DNA of 28,949 nucleotides from positions 1 to 28,949 of the IMG/VR virus record IMGVR_UViG_3300029582_000367; one strand, written 5' to 3'. Both the position numbers and the translations under genes were made by a program. Numbering within the stretch: the first letter of the stretch is position 1; each line of letters starts with the position of its first letter. The DNA comes from a virus. Lineage: Duplodnaviria > Heunggongvirae > Uroviricota > Caudoviricetes. Under the pieces are notes generated by a model. The model was given only the letters and a program-made list of their open reading frames with translations. It made no database searches and was not told where the DNA came from. Below are positions 17,193-25,377 of the stretch, piece by piece.

Positions 17193-17461
17193 TCGTCTTC
17201 CACCTCAATTAAGTCATGTTCGACAAGATTCGCTGTTCCATTGTTAATTCTCTTAGCCACAGCGGACAGATAATCCATGTTGCTCTTTGAATAAAACGGG
17301 TCAGCAGACAGTTCAAAGGGGATTCTACGCTCCTTAACGACCTTTTTTGCGAAAATTTTGAATGCTGTGCTCATGGAGATTCCCATTTCTGCACAGACCT
17401 CTTCCATTGAGTCCTTGACATCGTCCTCAAGCCTGAAATTAACGTTCACCATCTTCGGCAT
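17189..17461 (-). CDS. RelB/DinJ family antitoxin
   Basis: VNFRLEDDVK..GISMSTAFKIFAKKVVKERRIPFE; AGGAG RBS before ATG 17461. Confidence 0.9.
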   Translation of the reverse strand: MPKMVNVNFRLEDDVKDSMEEVCAEMGISMSTAFKIFAKKVVKERRIPFELSADPFYSKSNMDYLSAVAKRINNGTANLVEHDLIEVEDE

Positions 17462-17486
17462 AGATATCTCAACTCCTCTCGGAGAT

Positions 17487-17529
17487 ATTATATACCTCGG
17501 TAACGCATTATGCAAGCGTTTTGCGTTAC
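17487..17529 (-). promoter_or_regulatory. TA promoter with operator palindrome
   Basis: TTGCAT-17nt-TATAAT; GTAACGCA-N14-TGCGTTAC inverted repeat straddles the -35. Confidence 0.75.
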
Positions 17530-17630
17530 ATACGCTTACGCTTTCAATATATACAGGCACTATGTCAGTCTTTTTTATGGAAATAGGGCTTTTGATTGCG
17601 AGTGCTAAACTCACCATATCATCTCCTTTC

Positions 17631-17664
17631 AAAAAGGGAGAGAGGCTAAATGCCTCTCTCCCTT
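17631..17664 (-). terminator. Intrinsic terminator
   Basis: AAGGGAGAGAGGC-ATTTA-GCCTCTCTCCCTTTTT. Confidence 0.85.
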
Positions 17665-17676
17665 AAAATAGTAATA

Positions 17677-18375
17677 TCAATCACGAACAAAATACTCGTG
17701 GCGCTGCACCTCCAGCGGGTCAGGCTCCTCACCCCGCACATAGACAGGGTAGGCCTTCCAGCCACTCTCGGTATAGTTGTCGGGAACGATAACACGCTCG
17801 GAATCGAGGACTTCCACCTCCTCTGCGTCCGGAGACTCGCAGGGGGTGACAGACACGACCTCGCGCTTGCTCAAATCCACGATACACTCAGACGAGCAGA
17901 CGACGCTCTCACCATCCCAGATAGACTCGTACCGTGCGGTGACGATGTTGTCGTTCGGCGCCGCAAAGCGGTCCAGATTGGCGTCGATGAACTTCCGAAT
18001 GAAGAATGCGAGGCACGCTGCGTACTGCGCGGCCCTCATGCATCCACTCATGCTTTCATCCATCGTCCGGACGGAAAAGATTTCCATGCGCTCCCGCATA
18101 CCGGCCTTCTGAGACGGCATCCATCGCCCATCCAAAACGATGTCAGCGTAGTACCCTTCATTACTGCCATGAACGCAGTCAACATGGATGTCGAAGTTGG
18201 AATAGACCAACTCTTCATCCGCTGCAGTGGTACGGATGCTGGAAGCATTCCGCTCAATCAGGTTCATCAGATTGAGAACTTCATCATCGGCCCGTGCTAC
18301 GTCCTTCATCATCTCCTTGGCACTGGAGATAACTTCCTTGACGGTCAGCGGCTTGGGCTCGTTCTTTTTCTTCAT
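17677..18375 (-). CDS. Hypothetical protein, 232 aa
   Basis: AAAGGAG RBS. Confidence 0.75.
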   Translation of the reverse strand: MKKKNEPKPLTVKEVISSAKEMMKDVARADDEVLNLMNLIERNASSIRTTAADEELVYSNFDIHVDCVHGSNEGYYADIVLDGRWMPSQKAGMRERMEIFSVRTMDESMSGCMRAAQYAACLAFFIRKFIDANLDRFAAPNDNIVTARYESIWDGESVVCSSECIVDLSKREVVSVTPCESPDAEEVEVLDSERVIVPDNYTESGWKAYPVYVRGEEPDPLEVQRHEYFVRD

Positions 18376-18430
18376 ATTTTTCTCCTTTCATTCGACAAAA
18401 GGGACAGGGGAGAGGGCTGAGACCCAGCCC

Positions 18431-18874
18431 TCATCTCCACACCATATCACATTTGTTGTCAGCGCAGTCCTGCAGAATGGCTTTGAAATCTCGGAACTTG
18501 GCGCAATCCGGACGGCCAATGTAGCCGTACAGAACGTTGTCGTCGTAATCTCCGATGATTTTCAGCAGTTCCTTGCAGGCACCGTAGCGGATAAGACCCT
18601 CACAGTCCGGCTGAAGCAGGAAGTCTACGACCTTGAAGCTGACCTTTTTCTCGGCAAGAAGCCGTTCGGTTTCAGCATCGAAGGCATTATAGGCCAGCCT
18701 GCGTTCCTCATCGCTCATGGAAAAAGCCTTACGGAAGATATCCTCCAGCTTACGGTAGTGGGATGCCCACGGGTCGCCAACGAGGTCAGAGACCTTATTG
18801 CGTAGATTGAAAAAGCCTCCACAACCAAGGTCGATAGACCGCCCGGTCTTCTTGCAGCTTATTGTAATACCCAT
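18431..18874 (-). CDS. Hypothetical protein, 147 aa
   Basis: AAAGGAG RBS at the end of the upstream gene. Confidence 0.75.
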   Translation of the reverse strand: MGITISCKKTGRSIDLGCGGFFNLRNKVSDLVGDPWASHYRKLEDIFRKAFSMSDEERRLAYNAFDAETERLLAEKKVSFKVVDFLLQPDCEGLIRYGACKELLKIIGDYDDNVLYGYIGRPDCAKFRDFKAILQDCADNKCDMVWR

Positions 18875-18877
18875 AAT

Positions 18878-19849
18878 TTACTTCTCCTTTTCAGGCACCG
18901 TCTCCAGCACCAGCTTCGAGGGGCGCTTCTCCCAGTAGGCGGAACGCTCCGCAACAGCCATGTCGATGAGCCAGAACTCGTTCGGCTTCTCGAAATACTC
19001 CGTAGAAAAGCCCTCATTCAACATAATGTCGATAGACCACGGGCCGCTGAGACCCTGCACATTCTTCATATGCTCGGCCACCAGTGCTTCCACCTCGCCG
19101 CGATACTTCTCGAACTTCTCCTGCATCTCATCCCTCATCGCATCGAACACAATTCGGTCGGTGCGGTCATAAAGGTGAGGGTAGCAGTAGTCATAGTCCC
19201 AGTAGTTCGCAGTGAAGATGACCTCGCGGGTATCGAAGTCATAGAACACGCGAAACTCGGTGCGGAAGGGAAGCCCGCCGTAGATGCACGGAACCATGTT
19301 GCTCATATGTCGAATCCTGTCGCGGAACACGAACTCCGTGTCGCCGTAGGGACCCCACATCTTATGCTCATACTCACTGTACTGGATGCCGATAATAGCA
19401 TCGGTCAGTGCATTGGGAGTAGGAGCCGGCATACAGGTACGCGCATCGAACTTATTGGAGTACAGGCTGTTCTTCACGAACAGCAGATGTCCCTTCAGCG
19501 GAGAGGCATTGAGAGTGGGGATGACAACATCATCGACCCACTTCCTGATAGCAGGATAGTCCTCTGGACGCTCCATATAGAAGTGTCTGTAGAAAGTCTT
19601 CTGACCTTCCTCATCCAGCTCTTCCGGCACTTTGATAATGACGGTCTCCGGCACACGAATGCCACAGTCCTTCACCAAAGGCCACCAGAAGGAGAAGGCA
19701 TCCTGCTCCTCACGCTGGCTCAAAGCGCAGCTCTCGTAGCCGTTTTCGGCGTACTTATCGAGCTTCTTTGTGCCTTCCGCACTGTCCTTCTGCATAGGAA
19801 TACCATGCGACGGGGCAAAGTCCTTGAACAGCTTTTCTGCCATGTTCAT
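18878..19849 (-). CDS. Putative ATP-grasp protein (R2K/Cdc123-like)
   Basis: LFVK..SNK, FVFRDRI, TEFRVF, WSIDIM, WLIDM motifs. Confidence 0.65.
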   Translation of the reverse strand: MNMAEKLFKDFAPSHGIPMQKDSAEGTKKLDKYAENGYESCALSQREEQDAFSFWWPLVKDCGIRVPETVIIKVPEELDEEGQKTFYRHFYMERPEDYPAIRKWVDDVVIPTLNASPLKGHLLFVKNSLYSNKFDARTCMPAPTPNALTDAIIGIQYSEYEHKMWGPYGDTEFVFRDRIRHMSNMVPCIYGGLPFRTEFRVFYDFDTREVIFTANYWDYDYCYPHLYDRTDRIVFDAMRDEMQEKFEKYRGEVEALVAEHMKNVQGLSGPWSIDIMLNEGFSTEYFEKPNEFWLIDMAVAERSAYWEKRPSKLVLETVPEKEK

Positions 19850-19867
19850 ATTCTCATTTCTGCCATT

Positions 19868-20245
19868 TTACGACAAATACATACTCACATCAACCCCGAT
19901 GAGCTGACCGACTGCCAGAGCAGCATCCTTGAAAGTATGATACGCCTCAGAAGTGTCGTACTCGGGGGCGGACGTCTCGAAAACCGTCTCGGCCAAAATC
20001 GCGTTGAAGTCGGGGCTGTTGATAATCTCCGCGTCCCAGTCGTACAGCTCGCACAGCAAGTCGCGCTCGTGCCCGTCTAAGTCGTTGTCGAGATAGACAA
20101 AACCGTGGGCGACGCGGAACAGGCCGGCGCCGTATTGGTTTACCTGTGCCAGCTCAAAGACATTGTGACCGTGTTCCGGCGCCTCGCGGCGGAACTGGAC
20201 GCAATCGGGGTCCGTACAGACCCAGTTCTTCTTACCAGCCACCAT
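19868..20245 (-). CDS. Hypothetical protein, 125 aa
   Basis: TAATG overlap; WVCTDPDCVQF N-terminus. Confidence 0.75.
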   Translation of the reverse strand: MVAGKKNWVCTDPDCVQFRREAPEHGHNVFELAQVNQYGAGLFRVAHGFVYLDNDLDGHERDLLCELYDWDAEIINSPDFNAILAETVFETSAPEYDTSEAYHTFKDAALAVGQLIGVDVSMYLS

Positions 20246-20604
20246 TACTCGTCACCGCCCTTCTCGACGCCGCGAACGTGATAGTCCCGCATGACCTTCA
20301 CCAGTTCTTGCAGCTTCGTCTTGACGGCTTCGCGGGCCTCGTCGGGCATACCACGATAATTCTCGGTCTCCTTAACATCGCTCAGGAGAGCGTCCACGCG
20401 ATTCCCGAAGGTCTCGATGGGGTTGTAGGGAATCAACAGGATGCCCTCAGCGATGGGGATGATTTCAAAGGGGGAGCCCTCCTCACACCCCATGAGCTTG
20501 CGAATCTCGCGGGGGACGACGATGCGGCCAAGGTCATCGAAGCGCCGGACGGAACCGGTGCGGGTGGCCTCCTGTGCCTGAATTTTGATGCGATTTTCTT
20601 TCAT
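20245..20604 (-). CDS. AbrB/SpoVT-family transcription regulator
   Basis: TGSVRRFDDLGRIVVPREIRKLMGCEEGSPFEI. Confidence 0.9.
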   Translation of the reverse strand: MKENRIKIQAQEATRTGSVRRFDDLGRIVVPREIRKLMGCEEGSPFEIIPIAEGILLIPYNPIETFGNRVDALLSDVKETENYRGMPDEAREAVKTKLQELVKVMRDYHVRGVEKGGDE

Positions 20605-20668
20605 ATGAATTCTCCTTTCTTTTCAGGGGTATTTCAGATTTGATGTGTTTTCCCACAAAACTTCGTTT

Positions 20669-22138
20669 TCAGGTGGGGATGAACACCATGCCTGCGTTCT
20701 GTGAGAGAAGCACACATCTCTTCGGCGTAGCTTTGTGTCCTTTCGTGGATTTGTAGAACTGACCGACAATCGAACTCTGCATAACACCCACAATTCCATC
20801 GAAATCCATCACCGCACCCGGCATGATACGAGACATATCCTTGTACTGGGGCGGGTGCGGCTTCACGGTGAGCTGTGATACCGCAACATCGCTATATGCC
20901 TCACGGAACTCCTGCAGGCTGTCGGACTTTTGCTCGAAAGCCTTGTGCCGGTTTGCTGCAACGACCTTGCCGTGCAGAAGGTACTTCCGGTCAACCATTT
21001 GACGAATACAGGCCTGCCGGTCGTGCCGACGGAACTGCTTCAGTTCAAAGGGTTCGACAGGTGCGGATACTTTATTATCGGTGTCCAAGATGGAACAAGC
21101 GATACAATAGGCATCCGTGTAATGCTCCTTCGGCACGTTCTTGGCGATGCGGAACCCCTTGATGGAACGTCCATCTATTGCATAGACATCGTAGAGCGTC
21201 TCGCTTCCGAGGTACTCCATGAGGAACGGGATAATCTGGTTGAGGACACTCAAGGCATGGTACTTTTTATTCATACCTTCCTTACGAGTGACCAGTTTAT
21301 CCGCCCACGCCTTGTCCTTGTGGACAAGGTCGTGATGCTTCGCACAAAGCCCACACCGGTTTGCCAACGTCTCGCTCCCACCTTTATGGCGGGGGATGAC
21401 ATGGTGGTAATGGTCGATAGGCTTCTTGCAGAACAGGCAATGCCCATCCTGCTGTGCGTACACCGCATCCTCCACGGAACCCAGCCCGTACAGCGGACCC
21501 TGCTGGTATTCCCACCTATGGATATTGGGATTATCCATTGCCATAAATGCGAAGCGGTTCAGTTCCACCACCACTTTTGTAATAGGCAAAAACTTTGCTA
21601 CTTTCGCAATCAGGTTGATGTGGGTCTGCAGCAGATGGTTTGCTGTGGGTGTCAACCATCCCGCAGGGCGGCTGCGGTTATTGAACCGCGCCGCCTTGTT
21701 GCGGATGTAGTGACACACGACAGGCTTCTCATAACCGGGGAGCAATCTCTCAACGGAGCCCTCGGCGATGGTAGTTCCGGCAGCCCTCGCACGACGCTGG
21801 CGCTTGCGGCGCCGGTCCAACGTGCGATGCTGCCTACGGAAACCGGCACGCTTCTTCATCAAAAGAGGAATGTCCTTGTTGCGCGTCTCCAGATGTGCGG
21901 AGAACACGCACTGGCCGTCCTCCTTGACGACAGCAACGCCGATGTTCGTCCTGCCGGGGTCGATGCCAAGAATCAGGTCTTGGGTAATATCAGGGGTATC
22001 ATAGTTCAACTGGATGGTAAACGGGGTGGTGCAAACAACTCGTGCTTTCTTTTCCTTCAGGAGAAGGCGCACATAACAATAGCGAGTTGTCGGCATCAAA
22101 GGTTTACCGTCTTTGTTTTGCACATAGACCATCGCCAT
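20669..22138 (-). CDS. iscB: RNA-guided endonuclease IscB, 489 aa, OgeuIscB-like
   Basis: PLMP domain, RuvC-I LGIDPG, Arg-rich bridge helix, RuvC-II VVVELNRF, HNH (CLFC..HHVIP..N..GLC..HH), RuvC-III HYTDAYCIA. Confidence 0.96.
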   Translation of the reverse strand: MAMVYVQNKDGKPLMPTTRYCYVRLLLKEKKARVVCTTPFTIQLNYDTPDITQDLILGIDPGRTNIGVAVVKEDGQCVFSAHLETRNKDIPLLMKKRAGFRRQHRTLDRRRKRQRRARAAGTTIAEGSVERLLPGYEKPVVCHYIRNKAARFNNRSRPAGWLTPTANHLLQTHINLIAKVAKFLPITKVVVELNRFAFMAMDNPNIHRWEYQQGPLYGLGSVEDAVYAQQDGHCLFCKKPIDHYHHVIPRHKGGSETLANRCGLCAKHHDLVHKDKAWADKLVTRKEGMNKKYHALSVLNQIIPFLMEYLGSETLYDVYAIDGRSIKGFRIAKNVPKEHYTDAYCIACSILDTDNKVSAPVEPFELKQFRRHDRQACIRQMVDRKYLLHGKVVAANRHKAFEQKSDSLQEFREAYSDVAVSQLTVKPHPPQYKDMSRIMPGAVMDFDGIVGVMQSSIVGQFYKSTKGHKATPKRCVLLSQNAGMVFIPT

Positions 22139-22340
22139 GTGCGCTCATCTCCTTTCAGTAGTGTCTCACCTCCGGAGGAGGCGGTAGTGTCTCCCTTGCC
22201 TCGGCGTATGCTTGGCAGTGCTGCGAGCTGGGAAAACCCGCAGGTGCATCCACTCCCTCTACCTGAGGTGCTTACATACGTCGTTTTGGCTGTGGCTATT
22301 AGACTTTTTGGTGGTTTCCCACATCAAATCTTAAATAGCC
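22139..22340 (-). ncRNA. omegaRNA scaffold (~200 nt)
   Basis: Directly upstream of iscB; 5' stem GGCTATT...AATAGCC, GCACCTGCGGGTTTTCCCAGCTCGCAGCACTGC core, CAAGGGAG pseudoknot partner, ends in AAAGGAG; order matches the Ogeu-type omegaRNA as recalled. Confidence 0.85.
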
Positions 22341-22744
22341 CTCCAACTGCCATCGGGCTTTTTGACAAATGCCTCAATCCAGTTGTTGTTTTCGTACGCG
22401 ATGTCGCCATCCTGCACAGCCTCCTTGAGTTCATCATCACTCTTGAAGGTAGTACGCAAGGTATCGGAAGCGTGGGTAGCCATAGCACCGGAGTTTGACC
22501 TGTTGGTATAGGAGAAATCATTGCCCTTGACCTCGCCGGCGATGCAGACATCTCCCTGTACCTCGAAGGAGACCTCATAGCCGTTGTACTGGAAACCACC
22601 GATGTAGCCTCCGTACCACGTGCAATCGAGGTGGTCATCATCAATGAAAGCCTCAGGTTTGGTCAGTAGCGTAACGCCGAGGCGTTTTGCCTCAGCTTCC
22701 ATCTTTTTGAACTTTTGCTCAATGACAGCTCTTTTTGCGCTCAT
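22331..22744 (-). CDS. Hypothetical protein, 137 aa; last codons and stop supplied by the IscB element end
   Basis: AAAGGAG before ATG 22744; stop TAA lies inside the terminal repeat. Confidence 0.75.
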   Translation of the reverse strand: MSAKRAVIEQKFKKMEAEAKRLGVTLLTKPEAFIDDDHLDCTWYGGYIGGFQYNGYEVSFEVQGDVCIAGEVKGNDFSYTNRSNSGAMATHASDTLRTTFKSDDELKEAVQDGDIAYENNNWIEAFVKKPDGSWRAI

Positions 22745-22757
22745 AACTTTTCTCCTT

Positions 22758-23729
22758 TCAGTTTTCTTCCTTGTCCTCATCGGACTCATGGTAGCGTTCG
22801 ACAACATACTCCTCGGTGTAGTCTTCGTTCTCCGCCTCAGTCCACACACGCACGGTCATGGAGTCCTTGGCGACAAAATCAGCGTCGCTGTTCTTGTCCT
22901 CATTACGCTCGTAGGTCTGGCCGATGTAGGCCAAATCCTGTGGGTTGGACCCATCCTTATCCTGCACGCTTACAAACACCTCCGTGTGGAGTCCCTTTTC
23001 GCAGGGGTCAATCGCTTCCACAGAGATAGTCCCGTTGCCGACATCGGCAATAAGGCTTACCGCAGTGCGATGGTTGGATTCCACACGGATGGGGTCGTAG
23101 ATGGCAGTGCCATCCGCGATAGCCTGCTCAATCATCTGGATACCAGCCACCCAACTCAGGTAGCGGCAGCCAAACGTCTTGCCGGCATCCATGATAGCCG
23201 CGATGACTTCGGAATCGCTGAACATCCCCTCCACCATGTCGTAGTTGGAGATGATGTAGTTGCGCCACTCATCGCAGAAACGATAGTTTTCCGTCTCTTT
23301 CAGCAGGTCTTTGAAGTCGTCCTTATAGTCCTTAGACACGTACTCACGGTAGTGCTTGATTTCTTCCTTGGCTTCCACCGAGGAGAACTCATACACATCG
23401 TTTTCCCTGAATGCGCCCAGCTTCTCCTCAAGATACTCAAGGGAGATGGGCTTGAACTTATTGGGCCGTCCACAGCCCACAGGTGCGTTCTTGTAGGGCT
23501 TCTCAGTGGTCCACGTTTGCCATGTGCAGTTGAAGATGGCGTCGCCGAGGTCGCCGGTGATGAAGACGTGGTTCTTGTAGAACGTATACTGGACAGCATA
23601 GGCGTTCGTGTTGTCACGCTTCCAGTCCACAATGACGATGTCTCCACGGTTGTGGATGTGGGCGCGGTGCTTGGCGAACTGCGTGTCCTTGATACGCTGC
23701 ATACGCTCCTGTACCTTCTTGTAATCCAT
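22758..23729 (-). CDS. Hypothetical protein, 323 aa
   Basis: AAAGGAG RBS; first gene after repeat copy 3. Confidence 0.8.
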   Translation of the reverse strand: MDYKKVQERMQRIKDTQFAKHRAHIHNRGDIVIVDWKRDNTNAYAVQYTFYKNHVFITGDLGDAIFNCTWQTWTTEKPYKNAPVGCGRPNKFKPISLEYLEEKLGAFRENDVYEFSSVEAKEEIKHYREYVSKDYKDDFKDLLKETENYRFCDEWRNYIISNYDMVEGMFSDSEVIAAIMDAGKTFGCRYLSWVAGIQMIEQAIADGTAIYDPIRVESNHRTAVSLIADVGNGTISVEAIDPCEKGLHTEVFVSVQDKDGSNPQDLAYIGQTYERNEDKNSDADFVAKDSMTVRVWTEAENEDYTEEYVVERYHESDEDKEEN

Positions 23730-23787
23730 GTTTTTCTCCTTTCTCCCAGCCTGTTATAAGGACTTATGGGAACACAAATGTATGAAA

Positions 23788-23929
23788 ATATATAAAAAAG
23801 ACAGCTATCCCCGAAAAAGGATAACTGTCTGAATTTACGTATGGTGACTTGGAAAACGGAGATAATCTCCTTTATAAAAATAGCTTCGTAATTATAATTC
23901 TATACTACCACAGTTTGATATTTTGTCAA
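23788..23929 (-). repeat. Copy 3 of promoter-leader-terminator module
   Basis: 66 bp identical core; terminator stem conserved, loop diverged. Confidence 0.92.
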
Positions 23930-23941
23930 TCATTTCAAACT

Positions 23942-23974
23942 AAAAAGAAAAAGCTCCCAAAGGGGAGCTTTTTC
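23942..23974 (-). terminator. Terminator insulating repeat copy 3
   Basis: GAAAAAGCTCCC-CTTT-GGGAGCTTTTTCTTTTT; similar to 13905-13933. Confidence 0.85.
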
Positions 23975-23986
23975 AAAGATATTGGT

Positions 23987-24301
23987 TCAGGCCGACAAAT
24001 CCTCAACAGCGGGGCAGCCATCCCGACGGAGGTGCTCCGACACATCACTGGAGATGCGCTTCAGCTCCTCGTTGACCAAATGCCAAATCCTGTGCTTGAA
24101 GCCGCGAGACGCGACCCAGCTCAGAAGGCCGGCGATGGAGAACAGGATACATCTGATGGCGAGACTGGTGGTGGACATGGTATCCGACATCGTTGCGGCG
24201 CCAATGGTGCCGAAAACAGCGATGACGCACAGAACCATCAGTGCCAGACTGACAGCGTACAGGGCCTTGAACTTCTTATTTTCAGCAATTCTTCTGTTCA
24301 T
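23987..24301 (-). CDS. Small membrane protein with two TM helices
   Basis: Two hydrophobic segments; AAAGGAG RBS. Confidence 0.75.
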   Translation of the reverse strand: MNRRIAENKKFKALYAVSLALMVLCVIAVFGTIGAATMSDTMSTTSLAIRCILFSIAGLLSWVASRGFKHRIWHLVNEELKRISSDVSEHLRRDGCPAVEDLSA

Positions 24302-24333
24302 AATTTTTCTCCTTTCATTTTTCGACAGTATGG

Positions 24334-25377
24334 CTACCCTCGACTGAGTTTGATAGCTTCAACGACAGCGTCGTATGGCAGTCTGCATATCTTACCGGCA
24401 TATTCACCGGTCTCGTCGATACATTCGGCACGGAACGGATACTTGCGCGCTTTCTTGATGAAGCCGACCAGTCGAAAATCGTGGTTTTGCGTTTTTCCTT
24501 TCAGAGAAAACACTTCACGATAAACAACGTCGATACCACTGGCGTCGAGCTTCGGCTGAATGAAGCGTTTGTTCCGATAGAACTCGGCTTCCTCTGCATG
24601 GCTCTTTTCGATAGCCAGCTCGGACTTGTCCTCGTACTCCATCTCATAGAGCGCTTGTTCCAAGTCCTGCCGTTTTATCCAACACCTATGTTTCATGGCG
24701 CGGTAGCCCTCAGTGCGGAGCAGGTCGATGTGGTTTTCTCCGTCAGAAATGTTTTGGCTGACAGAAGGGCCGAGGATTTTGTAGGTGTACTTCCCATACG
24801 GGAATTCCTTACCCCAATCATCGGGCCGCAGCTCACGCTTCTCAGACTTCTTGGATGACCTTGCTCTGGCTCTGCAGAAGGCATCCCACATGATTTTCTC
24901 AGTGGGCTCCGGCGAGCTGTAGTAGGGCGTCTTGAAGAAGCAGACTTCAAATGGGAAGACATGAACGGAGCAGACTTGGTTTGCGTTGGTCGCTGCGTGC
25001 AGTACCTTGTCCGCACTGGGCCATGAAGTGTTGCAGGCAACGAAAGAACGAGACTCGTACCGTTTGGCAACATCCTCCGCAATGTGTTCCAAATCCGCTT
25101 TTGCCTCATCGCGCTCAGCGTTTGTACGGTATATCGAATCGCGGTTTGCGACGATACGGACCGACACGCACGTAATGGTCTCCGTCTGACGAACATAGCC
25201 AAGAGAGCTTCTGGAGACATCGAACCGTTTCAAACCGAGAGGGTCTTCCTCACAGTAGGGATGAATCCCTTCGCTCAGAACACTCTGGATTGCATCCAGC
25301 AGGTCCGTCAGTAGATGTTCCTTGTTCACCGGAGTCACATTGGCAGAAGTGTCGTAGAAATATGGCGCAGCCATCAT
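24334..25377 (-). CDS. Hypothetical protein, 347 aa
   Basis: ATGA overlap with the radical SAM gene; GGAGG RBS. Confidence 0.75.
   Translation of the reverse strand: MMAAPYFYDTSANVTPVNKEHLLTDLLDAIQSVLSEGIHPYCEEDPLGLKRFDVSRSSLGYVRQTETITCVSVRIVANRDSIYRTNAERDEAKADLEHIAEDVAKRYESRSFVACNTSWPSADKVLHAATNANQVCSVHVFPFEVCFFKTPYYSSPEPTEKIMWDAFCRARARSSKKSEKRELRPDDWGKEFPYGKYTYKILGPSVSQNISDGENHIDLLRTEGYRAMKHRCWIKRQDLEQALYEMEYEDKSELAIEKSHAEEAEFYRNKRFIQPKLDASGIDVVYREVFSLKGKTQNHDFRLVGFIKKARKYPFRAECIDETGEYAGKICRLPYDAVVEAIKLSRG

Larger units (their letters stand above)
20627..22340 (-). mobile_element. Non-autonomous IscB (OMEGA) insertion element, 1714 bp, with 21 bp terminal inverted repeats
   Basis: omegaRNA + iscB only; ends GGCTATTTAAGATTTGATGTG (22340-22320, minus) and GGGTATTTCAGATTTGATGTG (20627-20647, plus), 19/21 match. 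Confidence 0.8.

Noticed and set aside
16914..17461. RelB/DinJ antitoxin paired with YoeB as a novelty
   Set aside because: This mixed pairing is common in Firmicutes
17462..17632. 57-codon N-terminal extension of the RelB/DinJ antitoxin (RBS and ATG near 17617)
   Set aside because: Runs through the TA promoter and operator; the family pattern starts at 17461. A read-through isoform is not excluded but is unsupported
20669..22138. Cas9 or TnpB call
   Set aside because: 489 aa with PLMP and HNH domains, no REC lobe, no array and no cas1/cas2: diagnostic of IscB
5590..23929. Triplicated module as a CRISPR array, MITE or replication iterons
   Set aside because: Copies are kilobases apart, have no TIR/TSD or tandem arrangement, and always sit at operon heads
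23849..24523. Plus-strand ORF starting inside repeat copy 3 (and minus-strand 13861-14079)
   Set aside because: The frame is not preserved across repeat copies because of indels, and it overlaps real genes
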